A stretch of 61,043 nucleotides of DNA, the filler included, from Sphacelaria rigidula (Eukaryota): assembly GCA_964200075.2 (NCBI GenBank). It is 8 parts of 8 records of this genome, joined end to end, with 100 filler letters (N's around TTAATTAATTAA, not from the genome) between each part and the next. Parts side by side here need not be neighbours in the genome. Positions count along the whole stretch, not along the records: positions 45,859 to 53,401 come from CAXNAA020014421.1; positions 53,502 to 61,043 come from CAXNAA020014422.1; 6 more parts are not named here. One strand, 5' to 3'. The notes beneath the pieces are model-generated. The model did not search any database. It was given only the letters and a program-made list of their open reading frames with translations, and had not been told where the DNA came from. The translations under genes were made by a program, and so were the position numbers. Of this stretch, positions 48,260-61,043 are shown one piece after another (position 1 is the first letter of the stretch; every line of letters begins with the position of its first letter).

Positions 48260-51200
48260 CTGTCAGAAAGAAAACGAACGGGGGCCTCTAAGTGGTGATG
48301 GACGGGGGTTAGTACGGCGTGTTGGCGAATACCCGCGGGGCCGTGATGGATGACCTAACACACTTCGTGTATACCTACGTACTTGTTGGGCTGCTAATTA
48401 AAACCGTTCACAGGCTCAAGATCGTTGACACAAACAACTTCACAAACAGTGTAACAAACAGTTCAGGAAGTGCGGAGCATTGCGCCGCCGCTGCAGTGTC
48501 CTGGCGTTTACCGGAAGCACGTTCGAGCCATCGGGGTTGATTTCATCTCGTTTTCACCCCCCGCCAAGGCACACTTTACCTCGGGTGTAGGGGCTGGGGC
48601 TTGTGCGGCCAATGCTAGCTCTGACATTGGTCGTTCTCGACTTGACCCCAACAAGGGTGATGCTCTACCTATGCAAACAATTTACTGTCAATGATCGCTA
48701 GGTAAAAGTGATGACAGGCCTGCTTCAGTATCAATACTTGAGAGATACCGCGATAGACCCTCCCAAAACCAGCCCCTGAAGTGTCACCAAGAAAATGGCC
48801 ATACAGCACATGATGGCTGGTTTCAGACTGCATGAAGCGCATCATGTGGGCGACATTGTCGAAGCGATCCCAAGCGTGAGAGTTCCCACCAACTCACAAC
48901 CAATCGGAATCATGAATAGAGGAAAAACGATCCCCAAACCACCACGATCACTTTCACTATCACATCGCGTTCCCACATTTTTGGACTCGATAACGCTCTT
49001 GTCATTCTGGTTTACGTGTAGATTTTGCCTCCTCAAACTAGCCATTTTTCCGGAGGGGGGGCTGCCGCGGCACCACTCGTTCAATAAACTGCAGTACCGC
49101 GATGCTCGAAGCGTGAGAACACCTGTTCGCAATAGTATCAGTGTCTGAAGCACGAAGCCAAAGTACGAAACCTCCGACAAAACAAAGTCCCAACAACGAA
49201 GTCCACGGTGGAGGAACTCATTTCATAACTCAGGAGTGCTCTGGATTTTTTTTCGGCTGTCCCGCACCCCACACATCAAACTATATCAAACAAAAAACTC
49301 AATTCAAGAGCACTCCGACGCAAACGCAAACATCTGCTCATGTCACTCTCCGAGTTCCAGAACACGCAAAGTGTATTTTCGGAAATATTTGAAGAAAACG
49401 AGTTTAATCGCAATTTTTCCGACAACAACGGCGATGCAGCCCGTGAGTACATATTTCGACCAATACCTGATTCGTGCTGTGTGAATCGCAAGACCGCAGG
49501 GTCGACCAAACCAGGAAAGATCGAGTATCGGTTCATTGGTCCAAATTCGCAAAAAGTACACACACTCACTCTACATTTGGGTTCCACCGCACACTACAGT
49601 ACCGTGCTGCACAGACTGCAGTATCTCACAGCTTCGCGTCCCATATAACACCTGCTGCTAGCCATCGTGATGAGCATGCTTCTCAACGAACATGTGCTTC
49701 AAGTAATGAGTCTCTGCTTGAGGGAGCTGTATCATGTCATGCTGACAGAGCCCAGACGCAAGAGTGCATCGCTTTCTGCAGTCAAGCGGGTGGGGCAACA
49801 GCACGATGCCATCGTAGGTGCCTCGTTGCAGTATCTACTACTACTTGCTTCAAGACAAGGTGGATCAGAGTATATTGTTTCAGAGTATAATAGCTGTCGT
49901 AGGCGTTGTGTGTATTTGTGCGACAAAATGCCAGTTTTGGCCATGTCTACAGGGTATCTCCAACCCAGAAAAAAAAGTAATGTATGAGTTCATTCGGCCA
50001 TGTGCTACATAAAAATGTCGTGTTTAGTATTTACATATGGCGTCATCAAATAAAAAGCGCATGTTTTCCTCAGCGTCACAATACGCGTATTTGTTCGTCG
50101 CATTCAATGAGAGTTTCAGAGCTGCCGTAAGCCCAAAAGCGTGCTCCGATTTTCAGCAAAAAAGGGTACTGTAGCGCAATCTAATGTCGGGGCGAGTTAC
50201 CCGTTCCTGCCGAAGGCTGACTTCGTTTCGGAAAAGTAGCTAGTTTGTTCCAGCGGATAAGGAGCGTCCAATTACTCGTCAGAATGATATTTTCGATTGA
50301 AAAGCGATTTGGAGACTCAATATCTCACTGGCACGATCGTACTCACAAAGTATGAAGTCTAAATGTTGCTCAACATCGAAAATGCATACATTTCGTTTGA
50401 CCAAGCAACACAAAAATCCTCCACCATACATTTTTCGATGGCTACAGGGAGGACTCAAAGCTCTGAACACACACCCACTTGATGCTGACATAAAGGCGTC
50501 GACAGCGCCGTGGTTCGACCTGACCTGCGACGTCTGCTCCATGCTGGGAAACACAATCACAGGCGTTGAGCCAAAATGCGCTTTGATTTGTACCGAAGTA
50601 GCGTTTTTCCTACTTGTGAAGAACGTGCAGCCACCAAGCACACTTTACTGCTCAGGAATGCTCTGGTTGTCAAAGTAACGGTTGCATGAACCCGCCAAAC
50701 CCTTGCAATGGAATGCTGATGATCCCAAGGTAATAGGTATCGCCATAGTGACGTAGGAGCGAAGTAGTGCGAGAGCAGCAGTCTCTCGCAACACCACGGA
50801 GCTGGTCCACGTGGGGGTTTGGTGAACACCAATGCAGGGATAAACCCCGCCTTCCACCTCACGCCATCCCATTTCGCTCTATGGTCTCGATTATACCATG
50901 CCCGTCACATGTATATGATATACTGCAATCGTTCTAATAGTCGGTCATAACGTCCGGAACAACTCTTAGTGATGAAAGAAGACGCTCGAGTCCGTTGGTC
51001 CGAAAACACAGAATACGTGACAGCGGAGTCAGTAAAGCCAAAGGCAACCTTTGTAATAATCGACATGCTCAGCGTCCGGCGCCGTAAGAGAAAAAATGGG
51101 AAAGGGGGGCCGAATGATCCGGATCAGAATACTGAGAAGAAGTAATTATCAGACGGATAACGATCTGTCCGACGTGTGTAAGGTAAAGGAAATCACTCCG

Positions 51201-53401
51201 CTGGAAATATATATATATTCCTCTATTTTTTCATCACTTGAGAGAAAAAAATAATAATGGCATGCCCATCACCGTTACCCCAATTATCTACACTGAAAAT
51301 TTTATCCAAATTGATTATTTTCCTCTAGTCTTGCCGCGGGTCAAGAAGGCCGAGTGCGGATTCGAGCTTCGCACACCCTGTGCTCGGTCTATAGTGCTGT
51401 AGGCTCTGGGGAAGTGTGCAGAGAGCAGCCCGCTAACACTTCGTATATCTTGGCGTATGCTCCCCATGTGCGTCCGGCCACGATTCGATCGGACGACACG
51501 CGCGCTCAGAGCGCTGTGACGGCTCTACAGCATAACTTGGGTTTATACAGAAAATGAAGCGAACGCAGATGATGACCGAGCACAACCAGCACTTTCTCTT
51601 CTTTCATTCTGTAGACCGTGTGGGGCAGCGACTCCCAGCACGAGCCAGGTGATGATCGAAACCCTAGTCAGGACCTTCTCGCCGATGCCAGTATCATGTG
51701 CAGAGTTCTTGTTGTTATAGAGAGAAGTGAAGTGAAAAATCTCGTCCTTCGAAGGTTAAAATGTCCACGGTGGACAGCCCTTGCTGAGGGCTTTCATTCG
51801 ACATACGTTCTGATGTGGGGAAGTACTACTGAAGATGAAACCAAACAGTACCCTGGCATGCGAGTGACTTCCGGCCCTGTACTCACTACGTGGTGCAGTT
51901 CGCCCTCATGAAGTGGGCATCATGTGTGCACCTTCCAGCAAACCGCCATATTCGTCAGCATCTACGAAAATACGGGGGCAAATCACGAAGTAAACAAAGG
52001 GCCCTACCAACTGCAGGCCAGGAGATTCCCCCTTCCCTGAGCTTCTCCGATTTCAGGAAAAGCGCCCTGTGGGCGACGCCTGAGGGGGGTAGAGAAGCAC
52101 CCCCGATTTCATGGAGGGTAACCCTGGACACCGCAGACAGTGGCGATAGTGAGCATAGTGTGAAGGGGAACTACTATAACAACTGTGGGCCAGCACCCAA
52201 CCCCTCGAATTTAGGGAAGCTTATTATGGGCGAGGCCTGAGTGCGCGCGCGGGGAGGGGGGGGGGTAGATACAAGAGATTGGTGGTAATAAGTACAGTAC
52301 TAGGAATGAGATTTCTAACGGAGTTTCCAAACGTTTCCTTATTTAGAGAGCCTCGGGGAGGGGGGGAGGCGCAACACGACCTGCTCTGGCTTCACCCCTC
52401 AAACAACATCCAGACGGAAGAATATATGCAGTGTTGTTCCTTTTCAATATTATGGAGGCATTGTACTGCAATCTTAATTCATTATCCGCGGCGTCCGATG
52501 GGGACTGTCGTACTCTAAGGCCTAAAATATGGTGAGACTAGAGGGGCAGACGTCCTCGGAAGAGATATCTCCACATCAGAACGGATATCTGGCGCTACAG
52601 ACCAGCTTTCGCGCGTTTGACAGCCAGATGGGAAAAGATGCATATCACTACGAATGTAAACAGCGTTTATTGCACGATATGCATCCGCGCAATGTAATAC
52701 CCCCAATGAAGTTGGCACTGTGTGTTCCTAGTGCAAGTACAACGAGTATCGTAGAACTGACTGTGCGATGCGAGCCGCGCCTCGACAGGGATAGAATACC
52801 CGCGATCCATTCGTGAAAAAATAACAAATTGCACCTTGCCCTCTGTCCTATTCTGGAACCAAGTGAAAACTCTGCACAACGGTGATCACGCGCCTGCCAG
52901 AGGAAGATAAATATCTTCATGTGGGAGCACACCACGGAAAAATATATTTTTGATTATGATAGAAGAAAACTACAGCAACTGCCCCTGTCATTTTCAGACC
53001 GTCGTGGTGACACCCACGCGTAGTCTGGCACTGTGAGGGAGGAGACGTTGCCCCCTGCCCGAGCAGGTCCGCAGTGGTCCTTGACAGAAGACACTCATCT
53101 CCTTGGCTGCGTTGTGCGGTCGCGTCTTGCTCGGTCTCAGGGGCATCTGCCTCTAACATATGGAGAACCTTCACTAGTGGTTACTTCCGGCCTTGGTGCC
53201 AGCCTCGACCAACAGGGGGTCGATGTTTTCAAGAAGGATGGCAAGATCTACTCCTGCCTCGGCGCGGATTTCATATCGTTACCCGCTAGAATTGTCATCA
53301 GAAAGTGTTTTTGTTTTCGGAATCACTGCAGCCTCGTCCACAGGCATCCCTTCAAGCCACGTGGCGCACAAAACGCCTTGGGTCGCCGAAACTGCTGCGT
53401 C

Positions 53402-53501
53402 NNNNNNNNNNNNNNNNNNNNNNNNNNNNNNNNNNNNNNNNNNNNTTAATTAATTAANNNNNNNNNNNNNNNNNNNNNNNNNNNNNNNNNNNNNNNNNNN
53501 N
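53402..53501. other. Artificial contig linker
   Basis: N-run / TTAATTAATTAA / N-run. Confidence 0.99.
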
Positions 53502-53551
53502 ACCTCAGTTGTAAATCCTCAGTTTTCCATCAACGGTTCCAAAAGGGTTAA

Positions 53552-53725
53552 GGCCAACTCTTATAGGAGCGTTTAGAATTTTATTTTGCAATAATTTTGA
53601 ACGATTTTTTTTTTCTTCTTTGCCGTAGTTGTGTATTTTGTGGCCCTTTATCGTGATGACAAAAAAAAGAACTCCTCTGAAATTGTTGCAAAATAAAATT
53701 ACAAACGCTCCCATAAGAGTTGGCC
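53552..53725. mobile_element. PIF/Harbinger (Tourist-like) MITE, TSD TAA
   Basis: TAA|GGCCAACTCTTATAGGAGCGTTT ... AAACGCTCCCATAAGAGTTGGCC|TAA. Confidence 0.9.
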
Positions 53726-55937
53726 TAAGGGTCAAGAATCGAAATATTTTGGAAAAAAATGCAGACGTCCTCTCCGGCTGTGATGTGCGGCCTCGCTCAT
53801 CTTCGAAAAATATCCCTCCGCATCTTGTAAGATCCCGTGCAAGACCGACTTGTATGGCAGTCAATCCCGAATCTGGCGGGACCAGACCCCAATCTGTGCC
53901 AAATCGGGAGGATTCAGATCCGCGAATCTCAGATCTGTCTGTACCCCTCCTTGTATGGCTCAGTAGTGTTCACCACTTGGTTCATTAGAACCAATACGCA
54001 CCATTCGGTTACGCCGCACGCCTCCTCGCACCCCTCCGGCCTCACACACAGGGAATAAAATAAAGCAACACCCCACCACACTCTTACAGTCGTGATCCTG
54101 CAAAACAAGAGTTCACTTACGGTCTTGTGTCTGTGATTTCATACTCTTAATTTTCGGTTGGCAAGTTGCTCGCTCAACATAACTGCTAAAATCTGATATA
54201 TACCTCGTGTACTGTTATTGTACCTCCAAGTGCTCGTGAAATTTGTGCTACAATAAGGGTAGACACAATAATATTCAACACATTGGAGGTCGTCTGCTGA
54301 ATAATTGCCGCTGTTATCTTTATAAAAAAAAACGTTCCGATATCTGCGTAGTACTCTGTACTGGGCATCTGATGCGGACGCCTTCCGTGGTCACAGGCTA
54401 CATACACTACCCACATTTAGGGCATAACAAATAATAAAACAAAAGCGGAAGAATTCACACAATGATGAGCACCGTTTCCACTCAGGAAATGACTAAAAGG
54501 TCCAGCTGACAGTGAAAGTAAATACACACGCAGCACAGGTCGGTTCGGCTTCTGAGACCACGGACTCGTCTCAAGGACAGGGAGGGTTAGAAGTGAGAGC
54601 TGGATACAGCTGGAACAACAGTACGAGTATGTTCTACAACAAATGCAAACCAAGAGGATGTTTTGTCATGTTTCATCCCCCTCAACCAGGTAGCACATTG
54701 ACTGCCAAGGTGGTGATGGGGGGTTCACGTGTTGAAATCCACGGTAATTCATGTTGAAAGAAGAATACCAATCTCAGCTGCCCATCCATGTGCCAACAGG
54801 GTTGAGCAAAGGAAGGAGGTGTTCTTCACATGTTGCCGGTGATACGTACACGAGGACTTTATGTGGGAGTGTTGGCGACGATGAATTTGCGGAGCATTTG
54901 GTGGAAGAGAACAAAAATTGCGTTCTTGTACTCGTTCTACTCTGTAGAACCGAACGACACCTGTGCCGCAGTCCGTGTTTCTCTCTCGACGACACGACGA
55001 GCGCTGGACTCTGCAAATGATTTCGGGTGAATCTTCGGGTCGATGTCCTCACGTGGATATCCACATCACGAGGGAGAGGTAGTTATCAAGTAAGCAGCCG
55101 GTGCGTTTATCCTCGTTCGCCGTGCCTGCAGTGGAAAGTATCGCCTGTAACAATCTGTGCATATCCTTGTGCTGTTGTACTGTTTGTTGTACCGTCAGTG
55201 CGATCAACTTTCGGCACACAAGCAACCACGAAGTATAAGTATATACAGTACAGTACTACGGATACTGTCTGTATTTGAATCCCCAGGACAAGGAGCACTG
55301 CTACAACTGAAACAGGTGCAAACTTCTGCTGTGGTATGCTTTGGTACGCGATCGTGGTACTGAAAGTAATACGTTCGTACGTACCATTGACTGTACATGG
55401 TGGCAGCGTACGGAGTGCAGTATAATCCAGAAAGTCCTGTTCGACCACTGGAAGAGCTATTAATACGATAGAGGACGAGTAGCCCAACTGGACATCCCAG
55501 TACAGCCACTGCCCTGTGCTGACTGCCGTGCAGTCTCTTTCTTCTTTACAGTACAGTACTGTACTGTCTGTATAATAGTACTCACAGCACCTTCCATATG
55601 GCAATCACCAGCGAGGTAGCCCGGTCAGTGCATTGTGAAGTAAACAATCATATTGAGCAATTGCTAGGGCTGTCCTTCCATCAGCATCGTTTCCCAATGC
55701 CCACCCCCACCTATCGCCGCGACGTGCTGAGCTCTCTTGTGTTGTGCTAGTCGCTATCACAGTAATAAGCGACTGGAAATACAAATGAAAAGAATGGGAC
55801 AAGACCGGACCATCGACTAAACAAGATAACAAAAACAGACAGCCCCCCGGGGAATAACCCTTCCCCCACCCCTACGACACAGACAAAAATACCCGCGCGC
55901 ATATAAACACAGTCGCCATTTCATCAGTAAGACATAC

Positions 55938-56021
55938 CACGGCATCAGCACTTCGCCACAGAAGAGCCACCATGAGCACCAAGACATCCGCGAAGCCCAT
56001 GTTGCTGCTGCGGCTGAACAT
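55938..56021 (-). CDS. Possible first exon encoding a signal peptide
   Basis: MFSRSSNMGFADVLVLMVALLWRSADAV followed by a GTATGT donor. Downstream exon-like Cys-rich pieces contain stops. Confidence 0.35.
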
Positions 56022-56652
56022 CTGCTGGCACAGCCCAAGACACAGCTCCCGTCTGTTCTCTCCGCGTTGATGTGTTTGTGCTGCCTGTACGGTAAGAGAA
56101 TTCCACAGGCTCTCCTCGTTTTTCTCGCTCTCTACCGATTTCTTTTATCAGAGAACTCTGTCCATTCAATAGTCCTTCCTTAGTTGAGCGGTAGATGCCC
56201 ACGCCCTTCCTGGTCAGTTGGGGTATCCGGAGAGCTCATTCACTCTGCATCGACGCTGCGCGTGTCGGTGCCCTTAGTATCGTTACGTACGTCCATATAG
56301 GTCCACACAGCATAGCATCAGACAAAACGCCTCAGTAAACGGTCTCTGTACAACATATATTTTCGGAGAAATTTCCTTGGTTGGACCAGCACTATTTTGC
56401 TATGAGGCTACCGGTTGTGAGGAAGATCCGTCTGATGCATCACTAAAAGGCGCCCCAACCGAAGAACCCCCCCTTCTTGGGCGAAGGGCAAACAGCGTTG
56501 GCCAGCCTGAAGATTTTTTTCGTGTGCCTTCGTGTCTATTTCCCATCATGATGAATATGACTCACACTTTCATCGCCAGGCGAAACTCCGAGCTGTGGAA
56601 AAATCGGGCAGAGGGCAGAGTAGACCAGCAAGTAAGTAGTGATGTAGTGGTG

Positions 56653-58314
56653 CAGGCTAGACCATGATATTTTGCACACATGTTATGTGGGCCATTACGC
56701 AACTTTCGAAGGTCGAGTTTTTTTTTTACTTCTTCACTTTTTCACCGCTTTTCGGGAATCCCAGTATTTTCGGTGAAGTTTTGATCCAGTTGGACCCCCG
56801 TAAAACAGTAAAACAAAATAAAAACCTCGTGTATCCACACTTGCGTGATGACACATAGCGCAGTTCAGTTGTGCAAAATTTCAGGGTCTGTTAATAATGA
56901 CTTTTTAAAACGGCGTGAGGTTTTTCGCGTTTGTGCGATGAACTTCGCCGTGCCGCGGTGAAACCGCAAACTACTTTATTTGGGTACAAAAATTGCGTTT
57001 TTGGACCTTCTTAGGCCACCTCTTATGTAGTATGGGAGCGTTTACAATAGAAATTCGATTTTGCAACAATTTAAAACGATTTTTTTTTCTTTGCCTTAGT
57101 TGTGTATTTTGTGCCCGTTCACCATGATGACAAAGAAGAAAAAAAACTCCTCTGAAATTGTTGCAAAATAAAATTTCACACGTTCCCTCAAGAGTTGGCC
57201 TTAGACGTGAAAATGAAGATTCAAGCATCAGTTCATCGATTTTTGCCACGATTTTTTCAGAGACTCTTCCTTAGGGTATGCGGCGACAACTCGTTTGCGA
57301 AAAAACTGAAAACATGTCGAAGTGCCGGTTTTCCGGGATCCCAGAATAGAGACTTCTTCGAAAAACGACTTGGATTCCGTCGGACCCCCGAAAAACGGTA
57401 AACAAGTCATCATGACGAAAGGAAAATCTCGTCCATAGAAAGTTGCGCAATGACATATAGGATATTTGTGCAATGTTTCAGTGTCTTACTCCTAATAATA
57501 ACGTCGTGAAGTTTTACGCGTTTGTGGAGGACGTGGACTTCAAACGTGCAACTCCTAACTTCTTAGTTTTAGTAAAGAATGATCTTTTTGGGTGAGTTTC
57601 ACGTCAAGGCAAGAAAACTGCATGTGAGGTTTTCGAGTTTCTCACCCAAACTTTGTACATGTAGACTACCCTAGGACGCATCAACTTATTACTATTCTTT
57701 TGGGATATCCGTACCGCCTTCCGGGGGTCCCCGTCTGAAGACCCCCGGAAGCCGGTGGAGAACGAAGAAACTTTGAAATATTGTCAGGAATAAATTTTTT
57801 CCATTTGGAGCACCAATATATACGGAACTGCCAAGTTTGAGGTCGATCTGAGCTTTTCCAAGACATATATAAGGGACACCGCCACGAGGCTCCCTGGGTC
57901 TTTCGTGCATGATCATTAGTGGAAAATAGACGATGCCAACACCCGACGTCATCGAAACATCACGGTTTCGGGTACATTTCGACCCCCGTAGCAACCGTTT
58001 TCAAATACTTTTTTTTGGTGAGATTTCCGAGCCGATAGCGGTCACTACGATTTGAAGGATGTGGGGATTGGGTGATAATTGGGCTTGGGATCCGTAATTT
58101 CAATCTCGGAACAATTTGACTGGCGCTGATCAGTCGATATACATTTTCGTCCTTGGCGCTACCACTATGGCTTTAGACACAACTCCGACTATTTCACGCT
58201 CTTTAGCTGTCCATGGCGGTCAGTTTGATATCATGTACAGACTGTTGGGTAGGTATTGCGAAAGGTATTTGCTGATGACACAATTTTGGGTGATGAGCGT
58301 GAACCACCAGCATG
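56653..58314. mobile_element. Family D element, probably full length
   Basis: Inverted homologue of 21453-22829. Left end CAGGCTAGACCATG resembles the CAGGCTGGTTCACG terminus. Carries a MITE insert. Confidence 0.75.
57014..57200. mobile_element. PIF/Harbinger MITE (copy 2), TSD TTA, nested in family D
   Basis: TTA|GGCCACCTCTTA ... AAGAGTTGGCC|TTA. Absent from the paralogous site at ~22560. Confidence 0.9.
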
Positions 58315-59324
58315 TACGCCATCACCGTTAAAACGGGGCCTCTTCAAAAACCGATAGGAGCCGACGGGCTGCAGTACGGCTGATTCATTGCTGCATCAAT
58401 TATTGCAAATCAAGAATCGGGTGGTCCCTTATTTGAGATTGCGGAAAAGTCCCGAGGGAGGGGAAGGGAGTGACGGTATGTCATGGGTGTGAGAAGAAGG
58501 GCGATCACACGATTACTATCGATCAGATCGTTCATCAAAACCATCGGAAAATGATCATGACCGCAGCACCACCAAGGGCAAGCCAGTTGTACCGCGCAAC
58601 ACAGACAGTTTCCAGCCGTAATCATATGCATGCTATTCAGGTGTAGCCAGCTAAAGTACGGACGGTGGCACACGGGCCCTTCATTGTCGACCGCGGCAGG
58701 GTGTCTTATTGTCACGCAAAGTGACTCCGAAGCTTCTGCAATCGAAACTCACCAAAATACGATACCCATACACGTCTTGAGCGCGGGGTCGCAAGATTCA
58801 GACCGTCAGCTGGTTTCGCGGGCAAGGACGTAACTAGCTACGAGTGCATCTCTCTTTCCCCGGCTTCAAAGTACGAGTCGTCCGCTGGTACCATGTACAT
58901 TGGTCAGTTGTTGTTGATAGTAAACGGCTTGTTGGTGGCAGGGACGGGAACTGCCGTAGTGTACCAGACTACCACGTTTGAGAGGAGCAACAACAGTTCC
59001 ACGGGATGTCAGACCCCGCGTTCGGACCTCTCGTATTTCGGCGTTCCAGGTGAGATGCTGGCTCTCTGAGAGCAATAATACTGCATACTATGTGAGGGTG
59101 CGTCACTTACAGGCGTTACTGACTATGTCGCCCCCATTTCCTCTGCGCCAGCCCGAAGACGCCACGCCCACCAAGGCCAGGTGCTGCTGAAGCGTGCAAT
59201 GCCAACTTCACCCCACCACCACATTCATGCACAAAACGGTGGAATCGCAGTATATTACTCCCAGAACAATACAAGGTCCTGTGCTGAGTGCCCGGTGCCA
59301 CTTGGTGACCATGTATTTGTTATT

Positions 59325-59648
59325 TTCCCTGTTTTCACTTCTGAACCCTCGTCTATCTCGAGACAAGTCTGTGGTCTCAAGAGATCAACGCATACCTCCC
59401 TCGGTACGTACCTTGCATTTTTTTGGTTTGTCCGGTTTGATTGAGCCTCCCGCACCGCGTCGACTGTCGCCAAACAAGCTCGGGCAAACAGGCTTCTTTT
59501 GTTACCCACGTTCTCACGCCTTCGACGACAGAAATCATACACTTTTGGGGAGAAACATAAACTAGACGCATCCGGCGGGAATCGAAGCCGCGTTTCCCGA
59601 GCCCTCGTGGCGTCAGTTGTACTATTAGACTCTAGACCTCCGAAGCGC
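59325..59648 (-). mobile_element. Degenerate tRNA-headed SINE
   Basis: Minus strand has A-box-like GGTCTAGAG and B-box-like GGCTTCGATTCC. 3' body is similar to 35724-35830. Confidence 0.5.
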
Positions 59649-60930
59649 GGCGTTATGTGCCACCAGATAGGGGTAATGCTTCTCGCTGCCCCTGCCTGTT
59701 CTTCTGCTGAGCCTTCCCCCCCGCCCCCTCCTCCACCAACGCTTCTCCCGTTGGTGCTCTGGGAGATTCTAACGTTTCTTTATTGCACGCGAGAAATAAA
59801 TGGCGTTGTCGTGGAGTGCTGACTGCGTTGGTAATTATCACTGAAACAAACCAGAGCAGTCCTTTACATCATACCAGAGCTTCAAAGAAGGACGGGGTAT
59901 AGTAGAGTGGACTCCGCTGTGTTGGTTTACATTAGTCCGACTTGACTTTTTTCTCGGTGAGGTCTTGGTGTATGTCCACGACAGCCAGTCTTCGCTCATT
60001 TCGTCCTTTGTCAGCACTAAGATCGTCCTAGATGTAAAAAAAATAATTGTGTATGTGGTCGACACTGTCATTTATAGTTGCAACTTGTTAGATATCTTCC
60101 GCTAGCGGCAAACGCGCGCGCTTCTCCCGACTACTAAAGGCCGTGGTATTTCGGACAATGGACAGGTGACGGCGGACTCGAGCCGTTTGACACATGCATC
60201 GACAAGAATGGCAGCTTCGTACGATACGAGTGTAGCGAATCCACGGTCCTCATGACCACCTACCTGAACTCCACGTGCGACGACAGCGCAGCGGCAAGCA
60301 TATCTCAGCTCTCCAACGACACATGCTCCAACAACTCTACGACCACCAGCTGCACCGCTATAGGTAAATCTTGTGCTGTACATCTACACATAGGTTGTAG
60401 CTGACAATCACGTCAGGCGGAGCGCTGAGAGAGGGGATATTCGACATTCGCTTCATGGGCAAAGTAAACCAGAGCACACCGCACCCATACTTTTGTAGTA
60501 AGAAGCAGCATTTTCGCCCTTCGGCGGTAAGTAGCTGCTGATATCAAGATTACTATTGCCAAGAGACAGGTGGGAATGGGCACGAGAAGAACGACTCACT
60601 CGTGAAAAACGTAGAACTGCTTAACCTTCTGCGAGTATTTCCTGCTGTTCACTCATTGCTAATTGCTATCAGGCGGTCATGGCGCCTCCGGTGTTGGAAG
60701 TATGTTGTGTAGAATACAGTGTCACATAATTGTAAACTTTGTCGGCATCCTTTGACCCAACCGTAAAAAAATGGGTTTTCTATCCATGCGAGCGTCCTGT
60801 AGACGGCAGGAAATATCTTCATTCGGCAACCTTAAAATATGAACATAAACTTAACTCCGAGGGCACCTGCCTGTAATGCGTGAGAGGACCGCGTGCTTAG
60901 AGGACCGCATCGTAATTTGAATATCTCTAT

Positions 60931-60974
60931 GGTTAGGGCTAGGGTTAGGGTTAGTGTCGGGGTTATGGTCAGGG
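60931..60974 (+). repeat. Short degenerate interstitial TTAGGG repeats
   Basis: GGTTAGGGCTAGGGTTAGGGTTAG followed by degenerate units. Confidence 0.6.
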
Positions 60975-61043
60975 GCGTAGTACCTGCAGGGACTGGCCCG
61001 ATTGGTTTTGAAAAACGTCGATCCTGAGGTGTTTTGAACCACG

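Noticed and set aside
7588-53457. Regularly spaced TTAATTAATTAA palindromes
   Set aside because: These are synthetic six-frame-stop linkers embedded in N runs.

Overview
This is not a continuous locus. It is eight separate contigs (seven of 7543 bp, the last 7542 bp) joined by 100-bp N/TTAATTAATTAA linkers, so no synteny can be inferred across the joins. The DNA is eukaryotic, repeat-rich and intron-containing. The LINE/LTR protein fragments, poly-G tracts and TTAGGG repeats suggest a brown alga or related stramenopile (inference). The one well-supported gene is a spliced ZCCHC10-like zinc-knuckle gene (minus strand, about 7.6-10.4 kb). There are also a few isolated exon-like pieces. The rest is a transposon graveyard: an RTE-like LINE reverse transcriptase pseudogene, the C-terminus of a second LINE, Gypsy- and Copia-like fragments with an LTR, tRNA-headed SINEs, and many non-autonomous DNA transposons. 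The DNA transposons include GAG...CTC elements with 4-bp TSDs (Sola2-like), a TTAA piggyBac-like element, a TWA Harbinger/Tourist MITE and several foldback elements. The most striking pattern is a LINE/SINE/mini-tail retroposon system whose 3' ends abut C-runs rather than poly(A). It inserts repeatedly into G-rich targets, including three serial insertions at one duplicated GAGGTGGAGGGGG site. No CRISPR array, rRNA or intact tRNA was found.
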